DNA of 61,161 bases, filler included, from Basidiobolus ranarum (Eukaryota): NCBI GenBank assembly GCA_040143965.1. It is 11 parts of 11 records of this genome, joined end to end, with 100 filler letters (N's around TTAATTAATTAA, not from the genome) between each part and the next. Parts side by side here need not be neighbours in the genome. Positions count along the whole stretch, not along the records: positions 1 to 5,482 come from JASJQH010001582.1; positions 5,583 to 11,063 come from JASJQH010001583.1; positions 11,164 to 16,642 come from JASJQH010001584.1; 8 more parts are not named here. The stretch is one strand, 5' to 3'. The notes below the pieces were generated by a model. It was not told the DNA's origin, did no database searches, and saw nothing but the letters and a program-made list of their open reading frames with translations. How positions within the stretch are numbered: position 1 is the first letter of the stretch; each line of letters starts with the position of its first letter. The position numbers and the translations under genes were made by a program. Of this stretch, positions 1-11,847 are shown in pieces.

Positions 1-421
1 ATGAAAAATTCACTTCATATAGTTTACTATTTTGCTTCAAATGACTGCCAACTTGATATTTCCAGTCTTGGTAGATCTTTGGAGTATGTTCATATTTTGT
101 CCATCTTAATATTAACCACAAACCTTAACACAATTAGTATGAGAATATACTGAGTAGTGGAACAATACTGCCATCGCGACTACGGGTTTTCGGCCTTGCA
201 GTGGTTAGAGTTGCCGGAGTATTTGGCGATGCTTGCCGAATTGCATTTTACTCCTACTCCGTACAGTCAGTATATTCGTATTACCATATAGATATATTTG
301 GAAATGATATGCACACCTATGACTAGTACATCGGTACATTCTCTATGCTTTGCCTCTATCTGAGATATCTATATATAGGTAGTGAAGGAATTATTAAATT
401 GACATCTACATTTGTTACGCG

Positions 422-2081
422 ATGATCTTCACTTCCCACTATCCTTCGGTGACAATTCCAAGTGTAGATTTCTACACGTTTACAATGTCAGGAGTCTATG
501 ATGAATCTAAGACCATTCTCTTAGATCATCTTAATAACGAAACGAAATGTTTACGTGAAGTAAAGGATGAGTCCAAACGCCTTGCTAAAGGTTTAAGAGA
601 TCGGCTTAACTTTGGTAAAGGAAAGATTTTGGCTATAGCATCTCATAATCGAGTTGATTATGCGTCTGTACTTCTTGGCACTATTGCCACTGGTAAGTGT
701 CAATGATACGATGATCCTTGGTTCTAGAAGGTATACTCATATTTCACATTTAGGTGGTGCTTGCATGCCGATTAATGCCGCGTACAATGCGGAGGAGATG
801 GCTCATCAACTCACCAATTCTAGAACAGAAATCGTCGTTACAACGGAGGATCTTTTGGAGACAGTATTGGAGGCAGTTAAAATCGTTGGTTCTCCAATCG
901 ATCATATTTATATACTGGACAACAAAGACTCACCAATGTATATATGGACTGCTCTTGCTTCTGAGTCTAGTGTTATGGATTGGAGCTTAGATGCCAGCGA
1001 ATATACTAATTCTCCAGCAATTCTTATTTACTCTTCTGGAACCACAGGGAAACCTAAAGGTGTTGAGTTGACTCATAGAAATTTAGTAGCTTCTATAACT
1101 CAATATGGATTCGCATTGAAAGGCAAACCCGTACCCACCTCTGAAGATGTTTCCTTAAACATATCTCCCATGTGCTATGTCTCTGGCGTCTTTATGAATA
1201 TCTCCGCGGTTATGAGTGGTAAAATGATGGTAGTCCTGCCTGAAGAATACTCCTTCGAGTTTTTACTCAGTGTTATTGAGAAATATCGCATCCAAAATCT
1301 ACTAGTGCCTCCTAATATTATCAACCTACTCTCTAAAAGTTCTTTAGTAGACAAATATGATCTTTCTAGTCTCAAGAGAGGAGGTTACTTTGGTAGTTCG
1401 ATGTCCCGCTCTGTGTGTGACATTGTAGAGGAGAAATTCAATATGAAGGTTAGTTCTATATATGGAATGACGGAGGTATGTGGAGGATTTACCTTCAGGG
1501 ACAGTTCCGATTTACCTAGTAATTCAGTTGGAGTGATATTACCAAATATGAAGGTCAAAATTGTGGATGAAAATGGAAAGGCACTTCAAGTCGGAGAAAA
1601 AGGAGAGATATGTGCTAGTGGTCCTAGTGTAATGAAAGGCTATTTCAACAATCCCTCTGCCACTTGCGAAGTATTTGATGAAGAAGGGTTTTATCGCTCT
1701 GGAGATATTGGATACATAGATGAAACGGGGGCCCTTTATGTTGTTGATCGTATTAAAGAGATCATTAAATACTACAATAATCAAGTGGCACCTGCTGAGC
1801 TCGAAGAACTTCTCCTTATTCATTCCGCTATTTCCGAGGCAGCTGTCATTGGTTTATATTCTGAGGAGCAGCAAACAGATTTACCCTGCGCTTGCGTAGT
1901 GTTGAAGGACACTTACGATGCTCAACCGGAACTGGCCAACCAAATCACCGATTATGTGGATTCGAGAGTTACAGATTACAAACGGCTTCGTGCTGGAGTG
2001 GTCTTTGTAAAAGAGATTCCTAGAAATAGTCACGGTAAGATTCTTCGACGTGTTCTTCAATCCCATGTTCAGCAAACATAA
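422..2081 (+). CDS. 4-coumarate-CoA ligase/luciferase-like acyl-CoA synthetase (ANL family); join(422..692,754..2081), ~532 aa
   Basis: Motifs YSSGTTGKPKG, YGMTE, GEICASG, SGDIG, VDRIKEIIKY, PAELE and IPRNSHGKILRR. A GTAAGT...TTAG intron at 693-753 joins the two ORFs in frame. TATA-like TATATATA at ~370. No C-terminal PTS1. Confidence 0.92.
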
Positions 2082-2959
2082 CCCAAATCCAGCTGATGCG
2101 TTATGATCAGTAACCAAATCTCTTACATTCATACATTCGTATCCATCAAAAATCTCCATTTCTCAGCATGTATACATCTCCAATGAAATCAGTTTTTTAA
2201 TTAGGAGTTTGGTTTTAGGATTGACAGACACAAGTATATCAATAAAGTACGTTATCAATATCATTGGAACCGATCATTGGAATGATTGGCTTTGATTTGG
2301 ATACGGTTTTGCTTATGGAGGACTGGTATGGAAACTATGTAGTGAGCTAACATGCATTCTTTTCCTGGCTGATTTCCAATAAAATGGTATGGAATGACGC
2401 CCCTCGAATCGACTCTTACGCCAGAGTACGTTCAGTGATATATCAGACTATGTAAACTGAACCTGTGAATCAGCCATGCCTTTAATATATTTGTCGCAGA
2501 GTTACCCATCCTAATTTCAAATGGATTATTTCTAATTCTGGATCACAGATTGTTTTACTGGCCAATGCCTCCCAAGAGTTTGAGACAGATCGACTTTTAG
2601 CTGAAAAGCAGATTCGAAATCGCGATCTACTTGCTCGTATCATAAATTCGATCCATTTCCCATGTATCAGGTATTCGCATTGTTGATATATAATTGATAT
2701 CACGATTGCCAGATGAGATCTAATGTTCATGTTTAAAATCCATCTGATCTATTTTTGGAAACACTGATCATCATGCTTAGAATGCTGGTCACATTTGATC
2801 ACTAACTATTTAAGGCCTAACTTCGCAAAATATCAAGGCTGATTTTAACTCTACTCTGCCCATCAACCCTTTCGCTCTAAAGAGAAACTTGAAGCATCGT
2901 CTGTTTTTTGTTCTTTATAATACCATCGGGATTTCTGCTGCTTAACGCTTGCTCATCAT

Positions 2960-3915
2960 ATGGCAAAATTCACTTTTGTTTCGATTACTAATTCTTCCAA
3001 TACTGAGATAATCTACTTATCACAGAGTTTTGAAGATGTGTTGGGATTCTCTATAGGTAATTGGCTTGGTAAAGCCCCAATTGATTTATTTCATCCTGAA
3101 GACCGCGAGGGGATTGTAATAATCACAGAAACCTGTGTCAAGCTTCAAAAGTTAGCTACTCTCGTCTATACTCGAATTCTATCAGCAAGTGGATATCAGA
3201 TACTGGAGATATGCATCAGTCACTGTTACGATATTCTCGTTTGCTCAAATAGGTTACTACGAGAGGAAGATTTACCTGGTATATTTGGTATGTTTCACAC
3301 CATTTTCTATTATTGATAGGTGATAATGAGTAATAGTTGTACTCTATACAAAACGAAGAACGAACATCATTATCAGACAACATAATCACCTTTGCTGACG
3401 ACCACCGAATCAGAGTACTGGTAATAAGATGATGTTTATCTTAAATCAAAGAAGCGCTGCTAATACTGGTTACTGAAAAGGGAAGCCCAGATGTGTTCGA
3501 TACTACTTCAAAACTAGGTCAAGTGTTATCTCAAACTGATATAAGCCCAATAAGCTTAGAACCGGAAGAGCGCATATGTATGATACTTGATTACATTAAG
3601 GATTTCCAAATTAAGTATTGCTCTACCCATTCCATTACTGTCTTTGGATCGTCTTCTAAGGAGTTAGTAAATACTTCTCTGTTAGATTACATCGACTCTG
3701 ATGATCTATATGACGTTCAAGAAGAATTCAGAGAAGTCATAAAAGATCAAGCTGTCAGTAATCGTATAGACTTTACATTTGTTTCACCTTCTGGCCTTAA
3801 ATCAGAGCTTCAAGCAATGGTCAGCTATACTGATGATGGACTTATATTCATTGCCCAGGTTAATTCAGAAGAGATATTACAATCGATAGAGGATATGGAA
3901 ATATTGACTTTTTGA
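2960..3915 (+). CDS. Tandem PAS-domain protein (multi-exon)
   Basis: Two PAS-like repeats (IIYLSQSFEDVLGF...LGKAPIDLFHPED; IKYCS...VFG...ELVNTSLLDYIDSDD). Intron 3421-3480 (GTAATA...GCTAAT...AAAG) joins a middle exon (~3337-3420) to the last exon in frame. I could not resolve the phase of the first junction (~3279/3288). Confidence 0.7.
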
Positions 3916-5361
3916 ATAAACATTGAAGAAACTAAACTCAAATCCCTAATGTAGTGCAGAATTTATCGTCAAATGTTCATAATATATGAACTGGAGTACA
4001 GTAGTACCTAGACTAGTCTATAGTAATCTTTGGATATTCTTGTAATTTTCGTTAGATTAACCATGAATCTCCTCGAAGAATGGGTACAAACTATTGAATT
4101 GATAGCAACTAATATGATCCATTAAACTTGCACTTGTCCATCACTTTTATTAGCGACGACTTCCTGTTGGAAGAAACTGCGACTGATTTTTCAAGCTACT
4201 CGTATCTCTTAAACAAACACTATCTACTCCTCGATATATTGTAAAACTATCAATTACATGGTATTGTAGTCAGTACTTGTACAGAGGCATTATCTTACTG
4301 ATGAAAAATATCAAGAGCTAATACCTGACGATCACGTTTCTGATATTCTTTAGCTATCTTATGGTTAGCTTTCAGTAAGATTAATGAGATATCCAGCAAG
4401 GTTAACCTACTTTCAACTACTCTTAGATTTTATCTACATATCATTGCAGCTAAACTATTAAACTCACACACTATTAAGAATAATTGAAATACTAAAGAGG
4501 AATAATTTAGAGATTTTAGTACAAGAATAGAGAGCCAATACTAGAAATCCAAGAAACTCTGCCGACATTCAACTACGCTGATTCAGATACAATGAATATT
4601 CTAATCAAATTCTCGGTCAAAAATCAAAGTCCGGGTAAAATAATGGAAAGTAATGCAAACTCGTTTTGTGTTGACTGCAGGATGCATTCTGGAGAATAAT
4701 CGAGACTAGAATTTAACCCTAAGTTAGCGTAGATAAATTTCTTATCACAACCAGGGATAATAATTTAACCTATTCTCAACCTAATCCGCCATATTTCTCA
4801 GGGGACACTCATTGAAATAGCCTAATCAAAGTGCTAAAGTTTGTTACGCAAACTTACTAGACTCATCATATATGTTGTCAGTTGCTCAGTAAAACAGCAG
4901 TTAATTGTCAGTATAACATTGCTTAAATGATACCTCACATATATTCGGCCTGAGACCTTCCTTGCTATTATTTACAATGTATATCTTGAACCTTTTAGTA
5001 AATGAATCTGAGACAAATCCCAATCTAATTAAGAAATGTATCTAAATCTGGCATTTATTTGGTCGGGTTTATTACCAAATTATGTGTAGAAATTCGAAAA
5101 ATATTTATCTAATACCTTGGGCAGGATTCAAACTGGTCAGTAAACTACAAATATATATGAAGGTACATGCTTTAGACTCTTTTGCTGCTTCTATTGTATA
5201 TCAATACCCATTACATATCGTTTGATTAGTAAGTACTTGAATGTAAATTGTAGATCTAAATTTAAATGTATTTTTTGCCGAAACTATATAAAGATCGAGT
5301 TCGTTAACATATTCACCAGCAACGTTTGATACGTGTAATCTTTCCAACTTCAAAAAAAAAA

Positions 5362-5482
5362 ATGAAATTCGCGCCAGCCGTGTTCTTCCTCCTTTTCATG
5401 TTGGTAAACGTCGCCTTGTCAGAAGCCAGACGCAGCCCGAGACGAGGAATAAAAGATATCCATGGAAATTCACTCAGTTATG
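5362..5482 (+). CDS. Secreted protein, 5' fragment truncated by contig end
   Basis: Signal peptide MKFAPAVFFLLFMLVNVALSEA followed by RR..RR. TATATAAA at ~5285 and an A-rich start context. Confidence 0.6.
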
Positions 5483-5582
5483 NNNNNNNNNNNNNNNNNN
5501 NNNNNNNNNNNNNNNNNNNNNNNNNNTTAATTAATTAANNNNNNNNNNNNNNNNNNNNNNNNNNNNNNNNNNNNNNNNNNNN
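5483..5582. other. Artificial contig linker (N44-TTAATTAATTAA-N44), first of 10
   Basis: The identical 100-bp linker, with stops in all six frames, occurs at 5483, 11064, 16643, 22218, 27791, 33361, 38927, 44489, 50049 and 55606. The segments decrease steadily in length from 5482 to 5456 bp. Confidence 0.98.
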
Positions 5583-5682
5583 TTTAGAATATAGGGGCTA
5601 TAGATACGTTGCTTTCTGTTTCTGATATATGTATCATAACTAAAGTTAACTATGATGTTGAATAAAGATTAATTATCCAACA
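5583..5682 (-). mobile_element. Copia family B LTR, 5' part (inverted)
   Basis: Reverse complement matches the start of the LTR at 54775 (TGTTGGA.AATTAATCTTTATT...TATCTATAGCCCCTATATTCT). Confidence 0.85.
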
Positions 5683-6265
5683 CTACTCAATAAATCAATA
5701 AGTGAAAACCACCAATTCCTCTAATTCTCCAAACCACTTCCAACAGGCTCCCAAATACTTTAACATTTATTAGAGAGACTATAGAGAATAAGTTTATTGA
5801 CTTAACTTATTATTCTACAGAAAACATGATTGCTGCTATATTAACCAAACCATTAGCTAGACAGAAATTTGAGAAATTTAGACCTTCCTTAGGATTAGTT
5901 TATATGACTACTTAGCTGAGGGAGAGTGTTGAAATTAGCATTGCCTAAACACCTATATAGTCATATATAGCTTAGAATTTAGTTATCTTATATTGAACTA
6001 AGATATTACCCATTATTCAATACTGGAATTTACTTAGAATATATTTACCAACTTAGAAGTTCTCAGATATATAGATTTTTCAAAGAAGCCCCAAACTTTG
6101 CACACATGTTCCTGGGGCCTTCCTTAACATATTCTACATGTTAGTTTGTTTACATCTTGACAAAACTATAAATGTCAACTTTCAACTCAAATAACCAATA
6201 AGTGAAAACCACCAATTTCTCTAATTCTCCAAACCACTTCCAACAGGCTATCAAATACTTTAACA
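5683..6265 (+). mobile_element. Copia family A remnant: partial LTR (5683-5765), RNase H C-terminus, PPT and 3' LTR (5927-6265)
   Basis: Translates to FIRETIENKFIDLTYYSTENMIAAILTKPLARQKFEKFR. PPT GAGGGAGAG precedes a 339-bp TG...CA LTR. Confidence 0.88.
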
Positions 6266-7598
6266 CTTTTGTCTATGTAAAGTAATAGCTCCCAGAACTG
6301 ATGTTGTGATGTGCAAAGATATATGCCCCTCTGGACAGGATTTTACCTACAAGTACAAAGAGCAATCGAAGTCAGCAGGAAAAGCGGAACAAGTACAATG
6401 AGCAGACTGTACAACCAACATTGGGCAAGCACCATATCATATCTTCATAGTCAGTTGTGTCAAATCGTTGATTTATCAAATTGTGCGAAGTTACATCTTG
6501 TTGAATTCTAAGCACATCCATAGTTGTCCCCTTCTACGAGTACAGTTTCTAGTATAAAAACTTTACTGAGGCTAATCATACAAGAGGCCAGTATGGAACT
6601 TCAACACCACCTGCCACAATACTGTCTAGCATCAAACGTAGTTAGAGTGGATAATAGCATATTCTATCCAAACCATCCATCAAATCTAATTTGTGACTCC
6701 CCAGCACGACTGCCAAAACAATCCGATGATGACTGGATGAGATTTTATGGATAACCTGTATTCAAGACCCCATTTAAATAGCAGCATTAGTGACATTAAA
6801 TACTTTCCTACTTATCAAAGTGGCCAACAATCAAACCTTCAATCTGTGATTCATCCAAGAGTCTTAGAGACACGCAGTACTTTCTCTGCTGTATTTGGCA
6901 TCGAATCGACGATTTGTGTCGCATCAGCTGCGAGCGTTTTTTGACTGCTCACTTTATTCCAAGAGAGCTTTGACTGTGGCATTTATATTCTGCCAATGAA
7001 GTAAGTTTTCCGAAGAGAGCCAATAGTTTCTGACCATTGGTAGGGATCAGCAGGCGTGACTGAATAAGATCGGGATTAGAATCGACGGTCCAGAAATATC
7101 ACGTGCCCGAGGTAAATATGTTTGAAATGTGTCCATATCGATTCAAAAAAGAGCATACTATATGAAGCCTGTACGTGGGCACTACAAAAAGCATTAACAT
7201 TCCATAATATGTAGTAAGATCATGCAGTGAGTGTTCCTGTTCCTTGCACTAAAACGACAAATACAGTTGCGTCATGACCTCAACTTGTACGTCAGAATAC
7301 CACAATAGCTCTAAGTTTCGATGACACAGTTCCAAAAAACAAAGCGGTAGAATATCCAACTATCTAGATCGAAACTGATTTTGGTTTCTGCTTCCGGCGT
7401 CCATAATCACACTTGTGAGAGAGTAATTATATCTTGCAAGCCTGTTGTCGACAGAGCCAGTGTAATATACGCAGCGAAGACTATCTGGAAAAATCAAATA
7501 GGCTTTCGAGGCTAACGTTTAATTTATGGAAGGTTGGTATTTATATAGATGAGCACCCTGGCTCTTCAGAATTATCATTACATTTTATGCTTTTACAA

Positions 7599-8666
7599 AT
7601 GACACGCATAAGGAGATTTAGCTTGGAAACTTTACTGATGATAGCTGCCCTGACTGGAAGCTCACTATCCAGCAACAATGTAGTTCGTGACAATGGTGTA
7701 GCTGCTTCAACGCCCGGCTCCCGAATATCAGTAGCCCAGAGCTTTTCGCCAGGAAACATTAATAGCCCTGGGGTATTTTTTGTACCCATGAACTTTCAAC
7801 AAGCACAGCAAGCAGCATTATCTGGCTTCCAGCCGTTCCAGCCAAGCAATTCCTTCTTTCAATCACTTGGCGCCCATGGGAGGTCACCGGCATTTTTCAC
7901 ACCTGCTAGCTTTACTCCAAATAGTGTAACTCCTAATGCACCTTATTCCAATCCATTTTCTTCTAAAGCCGGAATTACTCAAATACAAGGAACTGCACCT
8001 ATCTCACAAGTTGATTCTAAAAAATCAGATCATGGTCCTAGTCCACAGGCTCCGAGTATGGCGAAGCAACCAGCTTTGAGTTCTGAGAAAGTCAACCAAC
8101 CACAAACCCCAGAATTAACCAACTCTCCATCGCTCTCAAAACCAGTCAATAATCCAGAGCCAGCTGAGAATTTAGAGCCAGCCAAACAACCATCAACTCC
8201 GGAGGAATTAGATCGCTCGCAACTGACCAAACCGGTAGAGAAGCCATTACTCCCAGAGCCTGTTAGTCTCCCCAAGATACCAGAATCGGAAGTTCCGCAG
8301 CCAAACTCTAATCCAACCCCCACTGCAAATCCAATACAGAAACAAAGTGAAGCGAGCAAGTTGAAATCAGTTCCAAACACTGTACCATTTGCCACTCCAA
8401 CGTCAAACTTGCCCGTCAGCTCACCGCCAATAGCCACTACAACCCATGCCACCCATCCCACTTCTCGAAAAATGGCTGCTACTGGAACCTCAACTACAAC
8501 TAGCAAATCTAACTCAACGACCACCACTTCCTCCTCCTCTAGTACCGATACCTCACGCTCCCCTACTGCAACTGCTGAAGTAAACTCCGCACTAAGCAGG
8601 GCTACTTTAAATGAGTATATGGCGGCATTCGCTTTGATGGCATTCATTAAATGGGTGTTAGCCTGA
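7599..8666 (+). CDS. Putative GPI-anchored, Ser/Thr/Pro-rich cell-surface protein
   Basis: N-terminal signal-like MTRIRRFSLETLLMIAALTGSSLS, a low-complexity P/S/T body, and a C-terminal omega-site-like NSA plus hydrophobic tail (MAAFALMAFIKWVLA). TATA-like at ~7540. The start codon is inferred. Confidence 0.75.
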   Translation: MTRIRRFSLETLLMIAALTGSSLSSNNVVRDNGVAASTPGSRISVAQSFSPGNINSPGVFFVPMNFQQAQQAALSGFQPFQPSNSFFQSLGAHGRSPAFFTPASFTPNSVTPNAPYSNPFSSKAGITQIQGTAPISQVDSKKSDHGPSPQAPSMAKQPALSSEKVNQPQTPELTNSPSLSKPVNNPEPAENLEPAKQPSTPEELDRSQLTKPVEKPLLPEPVSLPKIPESEVPQPNSNPTPTANPIQKQSEASKLKSVPNTVPFATPTSNLPVSSPPIATTTHATHPTSRKMAATGTSTTTSKSNSTTTTSSSSSTDTSRSPTATAEVNSALSRATLNEYMAAFALMAFIKWVLA

Positions 8667-9608
8667 GTAGATTCCAATATTGGCGCTCAATTTTCGTAAC
8701 CATATGATTTCATATAACTTCAAATTTGTAATTCAAGTGTGAATCCAATAATAAACCCCGTATTAACCCTGAAGACTCAACAAAATACCACTATATTTAG
8801 CAGCGATGAAAAGAAATCATATCGGTACCAATACCAAATAGAGCAGTCAGCATTAGAAAATATTATCTTCGTGTCTAGGATTCTGGTAGTACAGATGCAA
8901 CCTAGAGTGAAATTTATATATACCTTATTAGAGTTTGAGCAAATAGCTTGCAATCGTCTATCACACCGTAATATTTAGAGTTACGACGTGATACCGCTCG
9001 GATGCCTTTTAAGCGGCCTCTGTTTTCAACAAGAATGCTATTCTTAGCGTCTAACTCATGGAGAAGGTAAGCAAAAACTCCACTTCGAAATCTCATAAGA
9101 ACGCATTTTCCTCGCATACTGCGGGAATATTCTTGCGCGTTGGAAACACTAGGAGGTTAACACGCCTGATTTATTCCTTGGTAAGTAGAGATATTCTTTA
9201 CTATAATGGACTCCTCATTTATAGTAAGCGCCTTATTTCATAGTGGTAGCACGCTAAATCTCATGGTTTCCACGAAAGAAATTCCTCATTGATATGCGAT
9301 AAATATGGTGATATATCAACACCACAGCAATGAGAATAGCTTAGGCAATTCAAGATTCTGGAAAATTAGGGATTGATTTTCCGCATTAGATTAGTAGGTG
9401 AATTCAAAAGATCGCAATTACTATCCCATCATCAACAGATGACATGAATTGGTCCGCAATTATCCATAGCTTTGCTAAGTTACTTACTGGATATATCGAA
9501 TCGACCACTTTGTGGGGTACCTCCACATGTTCTTATTACAGATAATAGGCTCAAATTCGAGGTGTGCTCAGCAGTTCTAATCCAGCTCAACCAACAACTT
9601 TCACTATC

Positions 9609-10211
9609 ATGTCTACTTTAACCTCGACGTTCAGAATTTCTAATGTTGTTGGAAAACGGTTGAAGTATAGAGCTTGTATTGCTTCACTTAATCCTAACTG
9701 CTACTTCTCCAACCATTCCACTCAGTTACAACAATACTATGACACTTTGGAAATACCTACCGATGCAGATAAAAAAACGATAAAATCCCAATTTTACAAG
9801 TTATCCAAGAAATTCCATCCTGACGTGAACCTCAATTCTGAAGAAGCCCATGCAAGTTTCCTCCGCATTAACGAGGCGTATTCAGTCTTGGGAAATGAAA
9901 ATTCTAGAAAAGATTACGACCGCTCTATACGCTCAAGCACCGCAGGTGGAGTTAGATTTCGTTCACGCAGACCTTCCGTTCAGGTAAATACGATGAAGCG
10001 AACTCAGCCTAAAACAGGAAAAACCAGATATAATCTAAGAGAGCACTACGCTCGACATTACTCTGCTGACGAACGTGAGCGTAGCAGACAACGTGAGAAA
10101 GCTCGTGAAGAAAAAAAATTGAACGAAAACTTTAAAGAAGGATTTTATCATCGTTTAGTATATATCTCTAGTCTTATTGCTGTCATGGGGATGTACACCT
10201 TAGTACACTAA
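9609..10211 (+). CDS. DnaJ (J-domain) protein, probably mitochondrial, with C-terminal TM
   Basis: J-domain YYDTLEI...IKSQFYKLSKKFHPD...FLRINEAYSVLG..SRKDYD, a basic Ser/Thr-rich presequence-like N-terminus and a hydrophobic C-terminus. Confidence 0.88.
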   Translation: MSTLTSTFRISNVVGKRLKYRACIASLNPNCYFSNHSTQLQQYYDTLEIPTDADKKTIKSQFYKLSKKFHPDVNLNSEEAHASFLRINEAYSVLGNENSRKDYDRSIRSSTAGGVRFRSRRPSVQVNTMKRTQPKTGKTRYNLREHYARHYSADERERSRQREKAREEKKLNENFKEGFYHRLVYISSLIAVMGMYTLVH

Positions 10212-11163
10212 ACCTGGCCATTTCTCAGCCAATTCCAACAGAATTCACTTAGCTTATAACGTTCAAAAGATTTTGAACAACCCAGCCATCTCAGTTGTAT
10301 TATTAATTGATTCCTATATACTTGAACCCTCATACAAATCTTCAGTTCAATAAACTGCTTATTTTCTGTTCAACATGAAAAATAGTTTGAAGCAGCCGAA
10401 CGGGGTTTTTAGCTCTACCAGCCAATCAGAGACATCGAACCGATTGATTTTAATCTTTTATCGCAGTGCTTTTCATAACTAGTAGTGAAAAGGTAACAAG
10501 CTTTATCTCCATTCTAGCTTTGTCAAGTCTGAAATGCCAATTTACCGATTGTTTTTGTCTGGATTTTATGCTTGGGCGTATCTCGACTTAGATGAGTATT
10601 TATGAGCTCCGTCAATAGAAAAGGCTTTAGAATACCATGTTTCTGGAGTAAAAGGAAAGTTGCACGGTGAAAAAGCCAAGCTGGAGATCGTTTGGAAACG
10701 AACTAATCAAATAGATTGGGTCCAAATGGCTCGAGGAAATGCTATGTGGTTAACTAGAGTTGACGTCAAGTAATTTATCGAGTGCCTTGTTATGAGTATT
10801 GAAATGGTAGAAGTTTAGCGATGTCGAGCATATTTCTCCAGACATTGCACTCTGCAATGCCAAAAGATAAGCCCGGTTTGGCGTGAATACAACCTAATGA
10901 AAAATGGCTTATTCTTTGCAACATGGTCACGGGAATAAAGAAGCTATTCTTCCACCACTACACCGAAGTTACACTAATCATGGCTTCCTTTATTTGATGA
11001 GGCAACCAAGATATGGTGATTTCGACTATTAGCATTGATGGAAGTCGGGGCTTAATAAGAAGGNNNNNNNNNNNNNNNNNNNNNNNNNNNNNNNNNNNNN
11101 NNNNNNNTTAATTAATTAANNNNNNNNNNNNNNNNNNNNNNNNNNNNNNNNNNNNNNNNNNNN

Positions 11164-11847
11164 GACGATCAACCAACAACGGCTGAGGATGGGATAGATC
11201 CTGTAACCAATCCAGTTCATATCAATGCTAAGGACTCCAGCGTAACGGTTGTGGATGCCTCTAAGAGTGTAGACAACCGCCCTGTAGAATTGCCAAAATG
11301 GAAGAGAGTTATGAAAAGGTTTCTTAAAAGTCTTATGATGCCTCCCAATATTGCTACATTTATTGGTATTACCGTTGCTCTTGTGGCTCCGTTGAAAGGG
11401 CTCTTCATTCCCAAGAATGGGAGTAACCATGAGCCATGCCTTAGTTGGGTTTTAGATAGTATTATCACCATCTCAGGAGCATATATTCCTCTTGCATTTT
11501 TAAATCTTGGCGCTGCCCTTTCTAAGATTAGCTTTCGTCGTATTCCTAAGGTTGCCGCTATCTCCATTACCTTCTTCAAGATGATTTTATTTCCATTCAT
11601 AGGTGTAGGATATATACAGTTACTAACCTACCATACGCCACTCATCAACCCTGAAGATCGTGTATTCCGATTTCTTCTTATGTTTGGTTCCTGTGTGCCT
11701 TCAGCCACCACGCTTCTACTGTTAACCCAATTCTACAATCCTTCAGGTAAAGCGAAAGAAATCACCGGAATTCTTGCCCTTCAATATATGGTTGGGTTTG
11801 TCACCATGGTTGTGGCTATGGTTTTCATTCTTAATTTATTATTTTAA
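11164..11847 (+). CDS. Auxin efflux carrier (PIN-like/ECM3-like) membrane transporter, 3' part
   Basis: PPNIATFIGITVALVAPLKGLF, GAYIPLAFLNLGAAL, KMILFPFIG and CVPSATT are typical of the C-terminal half of Mem_trans proteins. The 5' end is cut by the contig edge. Confidence 0.85.
   Translation, partial: DDQPTTAEDGIDPVTNPVHINAKDSSVTVVDASKSVDNRPVELPKWKRVMKRFLKSLMMPPNIATFIGITVALVAPLKGLFIPKNGSNHEPCLSWVLDSIITISGAYIPLAFLNLGAALSKISFRRIPKVAAISITFFKMILFPFIGVGYIQLLTYHTPLINPEDRVFRFLLMFGSCVPSATTLLLLTQFYNPSGKAKEITGILALQYMVGFVTMVVAMVFILNLLF

Noticed and set aside
654-753. Signal-peptide-like N-terminus of the 475-aa ORF
   Set aside because: It comes from an off-frame reading of exon 1 plus intron 693-753. 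The true start is 422.
6311-6944. Chain of three short plus-strand ORFs after the LTR
   Set aside because: No recognisable motifs and mostly non-ATG starts; likely chance.
8030-8677. 215-aa Val/Gly/Glu-rich minus-strand ORF
   Set aside because: It is the antisense shadow of the S/T/P-rich GPI protein.
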